Below the pieces are notes generated by a model, which was not told the DNA's origin, did no database searches, and worked only from the letters and a program-made list of their open reading frames with translations. A stretch of DNA of 63,378 nt, counting the filler, from Reclinomonas americana ATCC 50394 (lineage: Eukaryota), in the NCBI GenBank assembly GCA_048213135.1. It is 14 parts of 14 records of this genome, joined end to end, with 100 filler letters (N's around TTAATTAATTAA, not from the genome) between each part and the next. Parts side by side here need not be neighbours in the genome. Positions count along the whole stretch, not along the records: positions 49,209 to 52,240 come from AFZH01017026.1; positions 52,341 to 53,385 come from AFZH01017028.1; positions 53,486 to 61,979 come from AFZH01017029.1; positions 62,080 to 63,378 come from AFZH01017039.1; 10 more parts are not named here. The stretch is one strand, 5' to 3'. Shown here in pieces: positions 51,216 through 62,105 of the stretch. Every line of letters starts with the position of its first letter. Positions within the stretch are counted from its first letter, which is position 1. A program made the position numbers and the translations under genes.

Positions 51216-51540
51216 TAATGTGGGATATTACTCCTTCATTTCATGCATCCTCCACAAATGAGAGAGACAAAGGAGACTCAAAACGCAGGAACACAACGAG
51301 TGGCAGACACAGAATCACACTCACAAGAACATTCACAAGCACGCCGCAGTCACGATGACGCGTGTTCATGCGGGCTGCGACAGTTCCAAGACGTCGGTGC
51401 TCAACTGAAAGGTGGGCTTGTGACGGCACATGCAGGCGGCCGCTTCATGCGATCGGTCAAGTACACCAGTCACATGGTCGCATGAACGAGCATACCGCAA
51501 GCGTGGCCATGCTCACACTGCAACCGGCGTTGCATGACAG

Positions 51541-51572
<32 letters not shown>

Positions 51573-52340
51573 CAAGAAGGAGATGTGCTCTCACGTGGTG
51601 AATTTCACCATGAAGACATGGGGGGACAATAGTGAACAGATTCACTCACACTGACGCCTCCAGTAAAGCAGACCATCTCAACAATCCTTCCACACACACA
51701 CTGTCACCTGATCACTCACATGGCGTGGTATGAATGATCGAGACAAGCGACCAATTCAAGCTCATGCCACGCACATGCACACTCTCTCCCTTCTCATGTG
51801 TCTCTGTACTCTTTCCCCTCCAGTGCCACAACCAGGAGCAAATAGAGCAGCATGAAAGAGACAACTCAATGTTGAGATGAGGGGAGAGTGACAGAGACAC
51901 GTGTCCATCACCGGCATTGGGAGACTAGCAATAAAGACATCCTGCAAGTGAGGGAGACAGAGATGCGAGAGACAGACCAACTAGCAGGCAAGTATAATTG
52001 CTGGCAATTGACAAAGCAGCGACGATGCGCACTCTCTCTGTTGATGCCACACATGAAAACACTGCCCGTCGTCGGTAATGAGAGAACAAACAACAACAAC
52101 GATCCATAGAAGTGAGACAGATGGAGAGAGACGGGCGCAGGCGAACGAGATGGATGGTGCGCTATGTGCTCCATGCATCAACAACCAAGCCTATGGAGAC
52201 AAGGAATAAGCAGGAGAGACGGGAGAAGAGAGAGAGAGAANNNNNNNNNNNNNNNNNNNNNNNNNNNNNNNNNNNNNNNNNNNNTTAATTAATTAANNNN
52301 NNNNNNNNNNNNNNNNNNNNNNNNNNNNNNNNNNNNNNNN

Positions 52341-52460
52341 AGGAGAGGGTGGAGAAGGAGAAGCACGAGTGCGTGTTCAGGCAGTACGACAGACGAGGTG
52401 AAAAGAGACGGAGTGAGAGAGAGGAAATCAACAAGAACAAGCCTGACAGCGCTGCTCAGC
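52341..52460 (+). repeat. Dispersed repeat, copy 1 (direct repeat of 61852-61979)
   Basis: AGGAGAGGGTGGAGAAGGAGAAGCACG.GTGC.TGTTCAGGCAGTA..ACA.ACGAGGTGAAAAGAGA...ACAAGAACAAGCCTGACAG...GCTGCTC is shared by both copies. Confidence 0.85.
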
Positions 52461-53343
52461 GCGACAAGCATGTGTGGCACAATGATGATCAGAGACGGAG
52501 ATGCAAGACGAAGGGAGGGAAGGAGAAGGGGCGAGTGCGAGAGAGAGAAGGAGAGAGAGAGAGAGAGGAGAGTGGAGGAGGGACGATGAACAAATGATGT
52601 GTGTGTGGGTGGGTGGGGGGAAGAGAGAGTAGGATCAGGACGGAGAGGCACACACGAGAAATGAAGACAGGGAACACATGTGAAAACAATGCAAGACAAC
52701 ATGTACAGGCAAAAAGTGAAAGAGAGGCACACGTATGCGGAAAGAGCACGATGAGAGGAGAATGTGAGTGAATGAGAATGGATGCGGGGAGGATAAGCAA
52801 TAAGCACGCACGAAATACGGGAGGTGAGGGAAGCGGAGGAAGAAGAGGGCGATGTGAGTGATTCACACACACGGATGCGATTCGCACAAGGCACAGACAA
52901 ACAAGCACACGCGAGATGATGAGCACTCCAAGAAGGAAGAGGGAGAGCGAAAGAAGAGAAGAGAGAAGAGAGAGAGTGTGAAACAAGGGATGAGGGTGTT
53001 GATCAATCACGTCACACATGCGGTGCACTCACACGAATCAATGACACGCATACATGCACGCCGAGGAGGGAGAAAAGAGAGCAGAGAGAGCAGAGAGCGC
53101 GAGAATGTGACGAAGATGGGCGCGAAAATCAATCACGACGAGAATGCAGCGCGCGCACACACAGGCAGATCAACGAGAAGCACACACACATGCACACGCG
53201 CAACAATGTTCACTCAGGAGAGGAAGAAGAGAGACGAGAGAGGAGAGACGAGAGAGGAGAGAGGAGAGAAGGAATCATTTCTGCGATCAATGCACACACT
53301 GCAAGAAGAATTCTCTCCCTCTCTTTCTCTCTCTCTCTCTCCC

Positions 53344-53385
<42 letters not shown>

Positions 53386-53981
53386 NNNNNNNNNNNNNNN
53401 NNNNNNNNNNNNNNNNNNNNNNNNNNNNNTTAATTAATTAANNNNNNNNNNNNNNNNNNNNNNNNNNNNNNNNNNNNNNNNNNNNGTGGTAGTAGTACGT
53501 TGTTTCGTTAGTAACGAACGACGTCGTAGTGTGTCGTGTCGTCGTCGTACCGTACTACTCCGTCGTCGTCGTACGAAGTAGATATCTCTCTCTCTCTCTC
53601 TCTCTCTCTCCTCCTCCTCTCTCTCTCTCTCCTCCTCTCTCTCTCTCTCTCTCTCTCTCCCGCACACACACACACCTTTCATGCAACGACGATTCAAACA
53701 CGAGTCCTTTCGCCTCTCGCGTCCCTCTCTCCCTCGCTCGCGCATTCTCTCACACCCCGCACTCTCTTTTTCTCACTCACTCATGACACGCGACACAGCA
53801 GGTGACCATCAAACACGGGCGCGCTGCAGAAAGCAAGATACGTCGGATGTCCTGCATGACATTGACGATCTCACGTACTGTACACCGCCACGAGAACAAG
53901 CCGACTGTGTGTGAGACGTGTGTGCAACAAGGTGCATCAACCTGAAGAGCGAGAAAAGAAGCCAAGAACTGCGACGAGAAG

Positions 53982-56900
53982 ATGTCGGTGAGTTGTATTG
54001 ATTGAGTGGGGGACGCTTGTTGTTCGCTTGCTTCTCCTTGTCTTCTCTCTTTCTCATCGCTTGGCACTCACTTTCCTGTGTATGTCGCAGTTCTCTGTGC
54101 ATGTGAGCGCGGCGCATGATTCATCGCTGTCGGTGGTGGAGGGCATGTCGGCCATGTCCACTCTCGCAGACTTGCTGCGCGAGGCCACACGCGTGCTGCG
54201 TGAGAAGTGTGGAGATGAGGGGGTGGAGATTGTGGGGGTGGAGAAGCCGAGTGCATTCGACTTGGAGGATGCGAGTGTGTTGAAGCTCAAGTCACTCGGC
54301 ATCAACTCAACTAGTCATCTTGTTGTCCGTGTGACGCTTGGCGCGGCGGTGCAGTCGAATGGAGGGAGTGGGAGTGAGAGTGGAAGGTATGTGAGTGATT
54401 CCTCTCTTTTCTCTTTTGCACACATGCAACTCACTCATGTCTTCGCACAGCAACTCGGATCGAGTGACGCGGTTTGTTTTGCTTGTCTTCGTCATCCTTC
54501 TTCTCTCCCTTTCTTTGTTCTTCCACTCGGAGTGAGTATGTGCTGACTATGTCTGTGTGTGCGCGCACAGCATGATCAACTCACAGCGCATCAACATGGC
54601 CTTTGAGGCGGTAGAGGAGGCCGTGCGTCTGCGCTGTCAAGTTGCACTGGCCAAGTTCAGTCGTGATCATCCCGACTTTGATGTGCGGGCATGGGTGCCA
54701 AGTTTCACACCTGTTGGCATGGATGCGGTGGCCGTGAAGGCATGGCGTGAGCGACATGCTCCACTCCATCCCGCACGAGTCAAGTTGTTTGCGGAGAAGC
54801 AGCCGGTGTTGTTGGCCTGGCGTGCTGCATTCGACGCGGACTCCTCATCCGACCCTCCGTGTAACGGATTCGACACGACGGCACTCACCACTATCATGCT
54901 GTATGGTGGCTTTGTTCTGGATGACGGTCGCCAGGTGCTATTGATTGACGATGTCGAAGAACGGAAGGCGGTGGAGGAGCTTCATTCTGTCAGAAACAAG
55001 CTGAGACACGATGAGTTGCCATTGACAGACACCACTGTGCAGCATTACCTTGGTGACGGTGGTGTCTTTTTCTCCATCCTCTCTCGACTGCAGTTCACCG
55101 ATGATGAGCGTGCTCGATTCTCTTCTCGTATCTGCGAGGCGCGTCATGCTCGACACATTGTTGACACATTCGAGGAGCGACTGCATCGGTTGGCTGTGCG
55201 TGAGCTCTCCTTCTACCAGCACGACGAGAGTGTGCACAAGGACATGCAGATGTATGTGCCACTGTTGTGCTCACGTGATCGTGACGTCTCTTCGAGTGAC
55301 AAGATGACCGATCTGTTGACGGAGGTGGATGCCTTCCTCTCTGACGCCAACACCACGCAACGTGTGTTGGTTCTTTTTGGTAATAGTGGCACCGGCAAGA
55401 CCACCACCATGTCGGTGCTGGCTGAGAGAGCATGGCGACAGTGGCAGATGAGGGAGAGCAGGCGAGTGCCTGTGCGTGTGCCTCTCGGTGCACTGCGCAA
55501 TGCCAATGAGCGATTGTTGGAGGAGGCACTGGAGCGATTGTCACCAGAGGTGGGATTGGAGTCGGATGTGCGACGACTGAAGGAGGAGCCACTGCTGTTG
55601 TTGCTTGACGGATACGATGAGTTGTACCGTGGTGTGAATCTGTTTGTCAAGAACCAGCTGGATGTGTGTCGCGATGTGAAGGCGATCATCGCCTGTCGTG
55701 GGGATTACGCACTGACGGCACTGGGTGGAGTGACGCAGTATCGACGGTACTTTGCACCAGTGGATGCACGAGGACAGTTGTGCATGCTGCAGCTGATGGA
55801 GCGACACGTCGCGCCATTCAACAAGGAACAGATTGTGGAGTACTTTGTGAGATTGGTGCAAGTTGGTGATGATGATGATGACGGTGAAGTGCGATGGTCG
55901 ACTGCCGAGGAGTACATTGATGCACTGAGGAGTGTGCTTGGACTGGATGCACTTGTGTCGAATCCATTCCTGTTGGCAGTGGTGGCTCGTGTGTTGCCGC
56001 AGTTGGTGGCAAGTGGTGTGCAGCGACCGACTCGGTGTGATGTGTTTGACCGATTCATTCGACAGTGGATTGCGAGGGAGCTAGGGAGACAAACTCGTGT
56101 TGGTGCGAAGTGTGTGCCGATGGAGGAGACGTGTCTGGCATTCTGTGAGGGACTGGCACGGTTGATGCATGAGAGGAATGTGGTGCGGGCCATGTCAGAG
56201 GAGCGGGCATTCGAAGAAGATATTGCTGAGTTTGGCGGCGCGCCATTTTCCTTGCGACGAGTGGAAGAGGGACCGTTTGACAAGTTCCTCGGTCACAGGA
56301 ACCAGTATGTGCGAGTGTGCTGTCCGATTGTGCGACGGTTTGGAACGACGCAGTGGGGTTTCGTGCATCTGTCGTTGCTTGAGCACTGTGTGGCACGGCA
56401 TGTGTTTGCGTGGGAGACGTGGGATGAGGAGAGGAGATTGACGGTGCAAGATGTGCAACAGCATGTGTTGGGAGTGCGACTGCTGAACGACAGACCATCG
56501 TTGGTGAAACAGATGGCCGAAGTGGTGCGACGGTCTCCTCGACTGCAAGCGAGACTGTGGGAGGTAATTTATATGTCACGTGAGGTGGATGAGGAGCGAT
56601 TGGTGACGGCTGCCGCGAATGCAGCAACGGTGTTATGTGTGGCGCAAGTGTCGTTCAGTGGGCGAGATCTCTCGGGTGTGCGAGTGAGGGGTGCGGATTT
56701 GAGGGACGCGGTGATGCACAGGACGGCGTGGAGGGGGGCGGATTTGCGAGGGGTGAATGTATGCATGGCGTATGCGAGGGAGGCGGATTTCAGAGGAGCG
56801 GATGTGACGGGCGTGAAGTGGCCGATGAAGCCGATAGTGAGCCACACTGATAGAGTATTTGCAGTGGTAGTGACACCCGATGGGCAGCATGTTGTGAGTG

Positions 56901-59662
56901 GCAGTGCTGACAAGACTGTACGGGTGTGGTCGGTGGCAAGTGGCGAGGAGGTGCGCCGACTGGAAGGCCACACGAATCGGGTGAATGCAGTGGCAGTGAC
57001 TCCCGATGGTCAGCACATTGTGAGTGGCAGTACAGACAAGACTGTACGGGTGTGGTCGTTGACAAGTGGTGAGGAGGTGCGCCGACTGGAAGGCCACGTA
57101 TGTTCTGTGTCTTTAATGGTAATAACACCGGATGGCCAGTACATTGTGAGTGGCAGTAATGACAATCTAGTGCGGGTGTGGTCGATGGCAAGTGGCGAGG
57201 AGGTGCGCCGACTGGAAGGGCACGCGAGTGAGGCGAATGTAGTGGCAGTGACACCCGATGGACATCACATTGTGAGCGGTAGTCGGGACAAGACTGTTCG
57301 GGTGTGGTCGCTGGCAAGTGGCGAGGAGGTGCGTCGACTAGAAGGCCACACGAATTGGGTGTATGCTGTTGCTGTCACTCCAGATGGTCAGCACATTGTG
57401 AGTGGCAGTTGGGACAGGACTATACGGGTGTGGTCACTTGTAAGTGGCGAGGAGGTGCGCCGACTGGAAGGCCATACTAGCGAGGTGTCCGCAGTGGCTG
57501 TGACACCCGATGGGCAGCACATTGTGAGTGGCAGCGATGATAGGACTGTACGAGTGTGGTCGGTGGCAAGTGGCGAGGAGGTTCGCCGACTGGAAGGACA
57601 CACAAGTGGGGTGTCCGCAGTGGCAGTGACACCCGATAGTCAGAACATTGTTAGTGGCAGTGCGGACAAGACTGTACGTGTGTGGTCGTTGGCTAGTGGC
57701 GAGGAGGTGCGCCGACCGGAAGGCCACACGAATTGGGTACATGCAGTGGCCGTGACACCCGATGGGCAGCACATTGTGAGTGGCAGCTGGGACAAGACTG
57801 TACGGGTGTGGTCGGTGGCGAGTGGTGAGGAGGTGCGCCGACTGGAAGGCCACACAAATGGGGTGTCTGCAGTGGCAGTGACTTCGGATGGCCAGCACAT
57901 TGTGAGTGGCAGTGCGGACAAGACTGTACGTGTGTGGTCGGTGGCAAGTGGCGAGGAGGTGCGCCGACTGGAAGGCCACAAGAATCGAGTGTTTGCATTG
58001 GCAGTCACACCTGATGGTCAGTACATTGTGAGTGGCAGTGCGGACCGAACTGTACGGATGTGGTCGGTGGCACGTGGCGAGGAGGTGCGCCGTCTCGAAG
58101 GCCACACGAGTGGCGTGTATGCAGTGGCCGTGACACCCGATGGCCAGCACATTGTGAGTGGTAGCGGGGACAAGACTGTACGGGTGTGGTCGCTGGCGAG
58201 TGGTGAGGAGGTGCGCCGACTGGAAGGCCACACGAGTTCGGTGTTCGCAGTGGCAGTGACACCCGATGGCCAGCGTATTGTGAGTGGCAGTGAGGACGAA
58301 ACTGTGCGGGTGTGGTCGCTGGCATGTGGCGATGAGATGCGTCGACTGGAGGGCCACATGCATGATGTATTTGCAGTGACAGTGACACACGATGGACGCT
58401 ACATTGTAAGTGGCAGTCGGGACAGGGGAGTGCGGATGTGGCCACTGGAAAGCGGCGAGGAGGTGCGCAAACTTGAAGGTCATGGGAGCCTGGTGAATTC
58501 AGTGACACTGACACCCGATGGATTGCACATTGTGAGTGGCAGTGATGACAAGACTGTACGGGTGTGGTCGGTGGCGAGTGGTGAGGAAGTGCGCCTACTG
58601 GAAGGCCACACGAGAGCTGTGTATGCAGTGGCAGTGACACCCGATGGACAGCACATTGTAAGTGGCAGTAACGACAACACTCTGCGAGTGTGGTCGGTGG
58701 CAAGTGTTGAGGAGGTGCTCCGACTGGAAGGTCACACGAGAGCGGTGCGATCAGCAGTCGTGACTCCTGATGGCCAACACATTGTGAGTGGCAGTGCAGA
58801 CAGGACTGTACGGGTGTGGTCGGTGGCAAGTGGCGAGGAGGTGCGCCGACTGGCAGGCCACACGAGGGAGGTGTGGGCAGTGGTTGTGACACCCGATGGC
58901 CAGCACATTGTGAGTGGCAGTCGGGACAAGACTGTACGGGTGTGGTCGGTGGCAAGTGGCGAGGAGGTGCGCCGACTAAAAGGCCATACGGATTGGGTGC
59001 GTGCAGTGGCCGTGACACCCGATGGCCAGCACATCGTGAGTGGCAGTTGGGACAAGACTGTACGGGTGTGGTCGATGGCTAGTGGCGAGGAGGTGCGTCG
59101 ACTGGAAGGCCACACGGGTTTGGTGCTTGCAGTGGTAGTGATCATGACACCCGATGGGCAGCACATTGTTAGTGGCAGTGCGGACGAGACTGTACGCGTG
59201 TGGTCGGTGGCAAGTGGCGAGGAGGTGCGCCGACTGGAAGGCCACAAGAATCGAGTGTTTGCAGTGGCAGTCACACCTGATGGCCAACACATTGTGAGTG
59301 GCAGTGCAGACAAGACTATACGGATGTGGTCGGTGGTAAGTGGCGAGAGAGTGCGTAAACTGGAAGGCAATACGAGTGCGGTGTGTGCAGTGGCAATGAC
59401 ACCTGATGGCCAACACGTTGTGAGTGGCAGTCAGGACAAAACTGTACGAGTGTGGTTGGTGACAAGTGGCGAGGAGGTGCGTCGACTGGAAGGCCACACG
59501 GGTTTGGTGCTTGCAGTGGCAGTGACGCCCGATGGGCAGCGCATTGTCCCGCGTGGGAAAGATGCACCAGTTCTGCGCCGATGTGAAGGGGTACTCGAGC
59601 GCATTCTCGGCTCCTTCAAGCCTGTTCTCCCATATGACGAGCACGACTGCGGGCTTACGTGA
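53982..59662 (+). CDS. NLR-like STAND protein: ubiquitin-like - HEPN-like - NACHT - pentapeptide repeats - 21 WD40 repeats (predicted 1804 aa)
   Basis: Phase-consistent exons 53982-53987, 54091-54386, 54451-54471 and 54571-59662. Walker A GNSGTGKT (55379), Walker B LLLLLDGYDE (55592), NPFLL, WGFVHLSLLEH, AAANAATVL, pentapeptides (~56650-56815), and 42-aa WD40 repeats. RNKLRH at 54992-55009. Confidence 0.9.
56840..59550 (+). repeat. 126-bp coding tandem repeat: 21 full + 1 partial highly similar WD40 units
   Basis: Consensus EGHTxxVxAVAVTPDGQHIVSGSxDxTVRVWSVASGEEVRRL, conserved at DNA level. Confidence 0.97.
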
Positions 59663-61478
59663 ACTCCCCATATAGACGTGAACTCCCCATATAGACCCCC
59701 CTTGAATTGCAATTGCGGATAGTGCAGACACGCAGGTCATCCTCGCACTCTGCATGCACGGAGTGTGCAATGGTGTTAATGACGAGGTTATCTACATCTA
59801 CATATTACCAATTTCTGTCCACAAAGAATCCATGTCAAAGCCTTGTGCAGGTTGTTCGCCATCGCTTCTGGCTCCAGCCGAAGCGATGAATGATTTGTAG
59901 ATCCTTCTCCCGCCCTTATACCGCAAAGATGGATGTGGTGTTGTGTGTAGTCTTCTTCAGATTCGACTGCGAGACGACTCTCTCATCCTGTGGAGGCATT
60001 CGATAAGAGGGCATTCTTCGTGTTGCTAAGTTGCATGCACTGCAAAGCTTGATGGTTAGAGATGTGTCTCCGATACAAAAGACGCTACGTAATCCTGACG
60101 AGTACTAGTGTGCGTGATCTCAGTGCAGTGGCTGAATGGAAATGTTAGAGGCGTTAGTCCCTCCCCCTCTGGACGTGCTTTTTGGCCTAGCAATGCACAA
60201 AATAAATAAAACTATCTCTGCTGAAGAAAACAGATTCCTCACCGAGTTTCTCCCCGTCGAAAAGATGGCAGCACTCGGAAACGCAATGGGCGATACCTAG
60301 AAATAGAAAGAGCACTGCAGATAATTTGAAGGCATCACAGGAAATTACAGAAGTGACTGATGAAAAATACGAGGCACGCACCTTCTCAGAACTAGGGCAC
60401 CGCCTCCGTCATTGCGATTCACACGGCCAGTGATAGTCTTGCGTACTATCACCCGTAACAATTACCCACTGCACTCCACAGTGGCACTGGACCACCACCA
60501 CCACCACTGCCGCTGTAACGCACAGAGTCAGTGAGCTGGTGGAGAGTGACACCATCAGCCAGCCACCACCACAGCGCACCACAGTGACAGTGGTACCACC
60601 ACCACCACCATCACATGGACTACTGCTTCTATCAATCCACCTCTGCCTTCCTCACTGCAAATATGTGCCAAAGAAAGGTGGGTGCATGTGTGTGAATGAT
60701 CAGCGAAAGGCGCGTCCCATGAACGTCATGTATCAAGCTGTGAGTTACATGAAGCATAAACAGCTGAGCGGCAGGAGGCCAGCGAAAAACGGCAACGTAA
60801 AAAGGAGAGATATGCTGCACAGAAAGAACAGGAAAGGGAAGAACACGAAAACAACCAGCTAACAGTGTGGAATCCATAGAAACAAAAAGACGTCGTGCAT
60901 CCAATCCCATGTGCAAGCAGAGACTGCTGCGAATGCCAACAGAGGAGAGCAAAATCTGCCAGGCTTTGAGAGAGGTAGGTTGCTGTCACAGTCTCTTCCC
61001 CAACATCATCGCGAACGGCAGCAGCGTCGACCAGCTCCAACACCGCAACTGTTGGCCCATCAGCTTGCCGGCGAGGAGTTGTGGAGCCGAGGCCCGCCAA
61101 CGATGAAGGACGCGAAGGTCGGCTGGAGAAGGTGGATGTGTTGCCAGTCGTGGGAACACTCACACTCGCCTGTTTGGTTGAGAAGGCAGCAATGTCAACT
61201 AAGCGAGAAGGCAATCGACATGGAGAAAATGTGATAACGAACCTTTGTGTGGCAACAAAACTCTTGCTCTTCTTGTCACCGTCTTGCGCCTGACTGTCCC
61301 GTTGCACTGCGTCTGATCGTCCGCCATTCTTGCGCACGCGCCTCTTTGAACAGCTGTCTCTCTCCTTCCATTTCTTACCCCACACATTGACAGTCGCCAA
61401 TGTCCAGACGCGTACGTATCCCAGAAGGAATGAGAGATATCCTCCATACTCCCTGCTTTCCTCTTTTCCACACGACGC

Positions 61479-61511
<33 letters not shown>

Positions 61512-61851
61512 AATTACCATACACCGCGCTCATCTCCCAAGCACGCCGTTCAACAGAGAAAACACACCATGAAATGTGATCAAGGGCAGTGGGAAAGAGA
61601 GATTGTGGTGGTGGAAGAGAGACAGAGGGGATAAGGAACATTGAATGTGGATGGATGGATACAGGAGAGAAACACGGAGATGACGAAATGAGACGAACAG
61701 AGAGCAGCAGGAACGAGAGAAATGAAAGCCTGAGAGCACGAGAGTGACGGTGATACGACGAAAAGAGACAACCACACACGGATGGAGGATGCAGAGATAC
61801 ATGGCAGACCACGATAAAATGTGGAGGAAGAAGGAGTGTGGAGAGCGAGAG

Positions 61852-61979
61852 AGGAGAGGGTGGAGAAGGAGAAGCACGTGTGCATGTTCAGGCAGTATCA
61901 CAAACGAGGTGAAAAGAGATGGAGAGCGGAGTGTGAGAGAGGGGAACCCTACAAGAACAAGCCTGACAGTGAGCTGCTC
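61852..61979 (+). repeat. Dispersed repeat, copy 2 (direct repeat of 52341-52460)
   Basis: See copy 1. Truncated by the gap at 61980. Confidence 0.85.
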
Positions 61980-62105
61980 NNNNNNNNNNNNNNNNNNNNN
62001 NNNNNNNNNNNNNNNNNNNNNNNTTAATTAATTAANNNNNNNNNNNNNNNNNNNNNNNNNNNNNNNNNNNNNNNNNNNNCTGCCTCACTCTCTCTCCATT
62101 CACAG

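Noticed and set aside
53486..53582. Odd GTC/TAC/CGT-rich quasi-palindromic stretch
   Set aside because: It lies at a contig edge and resembles low-quality read-end noise; no consistent stem or repeat unit.
59657..59696. 19-bp tandem duplication (ACGTGAACTCCCCATATAG x2) overlapping the NLR stop codon
   Set aside because: Real but most simply a local slippage duplication; there is no element between the copies, so it is not a target-site duplication.
57388..59770. Multiple repetitive antisense ORFs over the WD40 array
   Set aside because: Shadow frames of the 126-bp coding repeat.
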